From an uncultured Flavipsychrobacter sp. (GTDB taxonomy: Bacteria > Bacteroidota > Bacteroidia > Chitinophagales > Chitinophagaceae): 38,826 nucleotides of DNA. The position numbers were made by a program, and so were the translations under genes. Below the pieces are notes generated by a model. It did no database searches. It worked only from the letters and a program-made list of their open reading frames with translations, and had not been told where the DNA came from. The stretch spans positions 1 to 38,826 of the forward strand of contig CAYNGS010000001.1 of assembly GCA_964396625.1 (NCBI GenBank). The letters are read 5' to 3'. Below are positions 36,343-38,826 of this stretch, in pieces; the first letter of the stretch is position 1, and each line of letters starts with the position of its first letter.

Positions 36343-37647
36343 ATGTCCACACCTATCTCTGTATTTTGGTTTCGCCGTGATCTGAGGCTGAATGATAACG
36401 CCGGTCTGTATCACGCTCTTCGCAGCGGTGAGCCGGTGCTCCCCATTTTTATTTTCGACAGGAACATTCTCGATAGTCTGGATGATAAGAGAGACCGGCG
36501 GGTACACTTTATCCACCGCAGTCTGCAGCAAATTAATGATCAACTTGAAAAAATGGGAAGTGCTCTGGTTACCTTTCACGGTACACCGCTCGACTCTTTT
36601 AAAAAACTGTTAGCAAACTATAACGTTGCTGCGGTATACACGAATCATGATTATGAACCGTATGCCCGGAAAAGGGATAACGAGATCGGCGAATTGCTGG
36701 CGGGAAAAGGTATTGCGTTCCATAGTTTTAAAGACCAGGTAATATTTGAAAAAAGTGAGGTTGAAAAAGACAACAAAGATCCATACACTGTCTATACGCC
36801 ATACAGCAGAAAATGGAAAGAAAAGATCAGCGACTTCTATTTGAAGCAATACCCTACGGAGAAATATTTTCAACATTTTCACCGCCTGCAAACAGGAACT
36901 ATGGTGTCCTTATCCGATCTCGGCTTTAGAGAAACTGACCTCGACAACACACCGGGTGAACTAGATGAATTTATCGCTTCGAATTATGATAAGACCCGCG
37001 ACTTCCCAGCCACTAACGGAACAACAAGACTGAGCGTGCATCTCCGTTTCGGCACCATCAGCATTCGGCATTTGGCTAAGCAGGCACTAGCGATAAATGC
37101 CACACTCGTGAATGAACTGATATGGCGGGAGTTCTATCAGATGATCCTGTGGCATTTTCCTACTGTTGTACATCAGTCGTTCAAAAAAGAATATGATGCC
37201 ATACACTGGCGAAACAATGAGCAAGAATTTGAAAGTTGGTGCCTTGGCCAAACTGGCTATCCCATTGTTGACGCAGGCATGCGCCAGCTCAATAAAACCG
37301 GCTATATGCACAACCGTGTAAGAATGATCACCGCGAGCTTTCTCACCAAGCATCTCCTCATAGACTGGCGTTGGGGAGAAGCCTATTTCGCTGAGCGACT
37401 GACCGATTTCGACCTTGCAGCAAACAATGGCGGCTGGCAATGGGCAGCAGGATGCGGATGCGACGCAGCCCCTTACTTTCGCATATTTAATCCGTATTTA
37501 CAAACAAAGAAATTCGACCCGGAACTCAAATATATCAGGCATTGGATACCCGAGCTCGATCAACTTAGCTATCCGCAACCGGTTGTTGCCCACGAAGAGG
37601 CCCGGGCGCGTTGTCTGCGTGTGTACAAGGCTGCGCTGAAGAAATAA
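36343..37647 (+). CDS. phrB: Deoxyribodipyrimidine photolyase (CPD photolyase)
   Basis: Motifs WFRRDLRLNDN, YTVYTPY, TTRLSVHLRFG, ELIWREF, GQTGYPIVDAGMRQL..TGYMHNRVRM, NNGGWQW, RIFNP. Confidence 0.96.
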   Translation: MSTPISVFWFRRDLRLNDNAGLYHALRSGEPVLPIFIFDRNILDSLDDKRDRRVHFIHRSLQQINDQLEKMGSALVTFHGTPLDSFKKLLANYNVAAVYTNHDYEPYARKRDNEIGELLAGKGIAFHSFKDQVIFEKSEVEKDNKDPYTVYTPYSRKWKEKISDFYLKQYPTEKYFQHFHRLQTGTMVSLSDLGFRETDLDNTPGELDEFIASNYDKTRDFPATNGTTRLSVHLRFGTISIRHLAKQALAINATLVNELIWREFYQMILWHFPTVVHQSFKKEYDAIHWRNNEQEFESWCLGQTGYPIVDAGMRQLNKTGYMHNRVRMITASFLTKHLLIDWRWGEAYFAERLTDFDLAANNGGWQWAAGCGCDAAPYFRIFNPYLQTKKFDPELKYIRHWIPELDQLSYPQPVVAHEEARARCLRVYKAALKK

Positions 37648-37743
37648 TTTTCGGTGTGACACTTAAACTTACCGGCAATTTTTCCGTCTAATCCGCTCGG
37701 AAGCAACTGTTTGTGTTTGCTAACCGATAAATATTCGAATTTT

Positions 37744-38826
37744 ATGAAAAATAAGTACTTCCTGCTGATTGTCGCATTTCTGTATTCGGCAAGCGCTGAC
37801 GCGCAGATATCCCGACTCATTGCTACCACAAAGACCCGGTACAATGGAACTGATTTTCTGACTATCGGCGATTCGACTTACTACATTTATTCCGGAGCAC
37901 GGGACACCGCTAACAATGGCGGCGTTGCTTTCGACAGTGCGTATGTGCTGGTGGCTCAACCCGGTTACACTACCGGCAATCTGAGCTATAGATACTTTCA
38001 GGGGTTTGGCGGTACGAACAATATCGACAGTATTACCAGTCAATATTTTGATACAACCTCCACGAGCTGGGTCAATAACCAGTTTGAAGTAAATGCCTAC
38101 AATGCAGATAACAACCTTACAAACCGGATTTTAATGAACTGGGATCCTCCGAGCGTTTCGTGGGTGAACAACTCAAAAACTACGAATACCTATACAGGTC
38201 TGAACAATATTTTAAAAATTGTCCAAAACTGGAGCGCGCCCTCCGCTGCGTGGGTAAATGCTACAAAAGACAGTTTTGGATACGATGCCAGCAGCAACAT
38301 GATCTATCACCTCGCCCAAAAATGGGATACCTCCGCATTGATTTGGAAAAACACGAACCAATATTTTGACACGTTTAACGCAACCAACGAAATGATCAAA
38401 TCGATGCGCCAGTCCTGGGGCAATGCAGCATCAATATGGAAGAATAACACATTCACTCTTTACGACTATACTGCGGCTACCTTACTTTCCAACACCATTG
38501 TGCAACATTGGGATAGCGCCCTCAGCGCCTGGATAAACAATACCGGCGACTCACTTCTTTATAGCGCCGCCAGCGACATTGCCACTGAGATCAATCTGAA
38601 TTGGGATAGTGCGGCGCACACTTGGAAGAATGTGAACCGGTACGAATATACCTATGACGCTAATCATAACCTGCTCACCGACACGCTTCAGAACTGGGTA
38701 ACGGCAGGCGGCGGAAGGTTCGCCAACAGCAAACTGCATTTGTATAACTACAACACTTACAACCAGGTCTTAGTGTACACAACGGAGACATGGAACACTG
38801 CGCCACCGGCCTGGACTTATCATCTC
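37744..38826 (+). CDS. Secreted protein with ~31-aa Trp-rich repeats (DUF3836-like; probable T9SS cargo); 3' end runs off the window
   Basis: Not in the ORF track; hand translation from ATG 37744 is open to the window end: MKNKYFLLIVAFLYSASADA|QISRLIA...NWDPPSVSWVNN...QKWDTSALIWKN...QHWDSALSAWINN...NWDSAAHTWKN..RYEYTYDANHN. Confidence 0.85.
   Translation, partial: MKNKYFLLIVAFLYSASADAQISRLIATTKTRYNGTDFLTIGDSTYYIYSGARDTANNGGVAFDSAYVLVAQPGYTTGNLSYRYFQGFGGTNNIDSITSQYFDTTSTSWVNNQFEVNAYNADNNLTNRILMNWDPPSVSWVNNSKTTNTYTGLNNILKIVQNWSAPSAAWVNATKDSFGYDASSNMIYHLAQKWDTSALIWKNTNQYFDTFNATNEMIKSMRQSWGNAASIWKNNTFTLYDYTAATLLSNTIVQHWDSALSAWINNTGDSLLYSAASDIATEINLNWDSAAHTWKNVNRYEYTYDANHNLLTDTLQNWVTAGGGRFANSKLHLYNYNTYNQVLVYTTETWNTAPPAWTYHL

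Noticed and set aside
37720-38739. Track ORFs 37720-38043, 38160-38369 and 38551-38739
   Set aside because: They are alternative frames of the open plus-strand gene starting at 37744.
38041-38826. CRISPR array suggested by the ~93-nt periodicity
   Set aside because: The periodicity is a degenerate protein repeat with no identical DNA repeats or spacers, and no cas genes are present.

Overview
This is a chromosomal window from a Bacteroidota bacterium, probably Chitinophagaceae-like. The assignment rests on TAnnTTTG promoters, A-rich starts without Shine-Dalgarno motifs, signal peptides followed by Gln, and T9SS C-terminal domains. Left to right it carries: a partial DUF1573 gene; an atypical anti-sigma factor and an ECF sigma factor; a PagL-like acyloxyacyl hydrolase, a GT-C membrane glycosyltransferase and an acyltransferase-3; a UbiD-family menaquinone decarboxylase; a secreted hypothetical protein; a sugar-phosphate nucleotidyltransferase; a TolC/RND/MFP efflux operon led by a small signal-peptide ORF ending in RGPP; polA; two tandem giant T9SS proteins; an arylsulfotransferase-like protein; a GNAT; a VWA protein; a photolyase; and a partial Trp-repeat secreted protein. 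Three observations stand out. (1) The two T9SS genes share an apparently identical ~4.5 kb stalk+CTD (20001-24532 = 26293-30824) but have unrelated heads (DUF2341 versus GEVED). (2) A candidate RGPP ribosome-arrest leader sits ahead of the efflux operon, and its motif codons can pair with the tolC-like leader. (3) The FecR-type anti-sigma factor has a Cys-rich domain in place of the periplasmic FecR domain. No rRNA, tRNA, CRISPR array, transposase, integrase or reverse transcriptase was recognised. All calls come from reading the sequence; no database searches were run.
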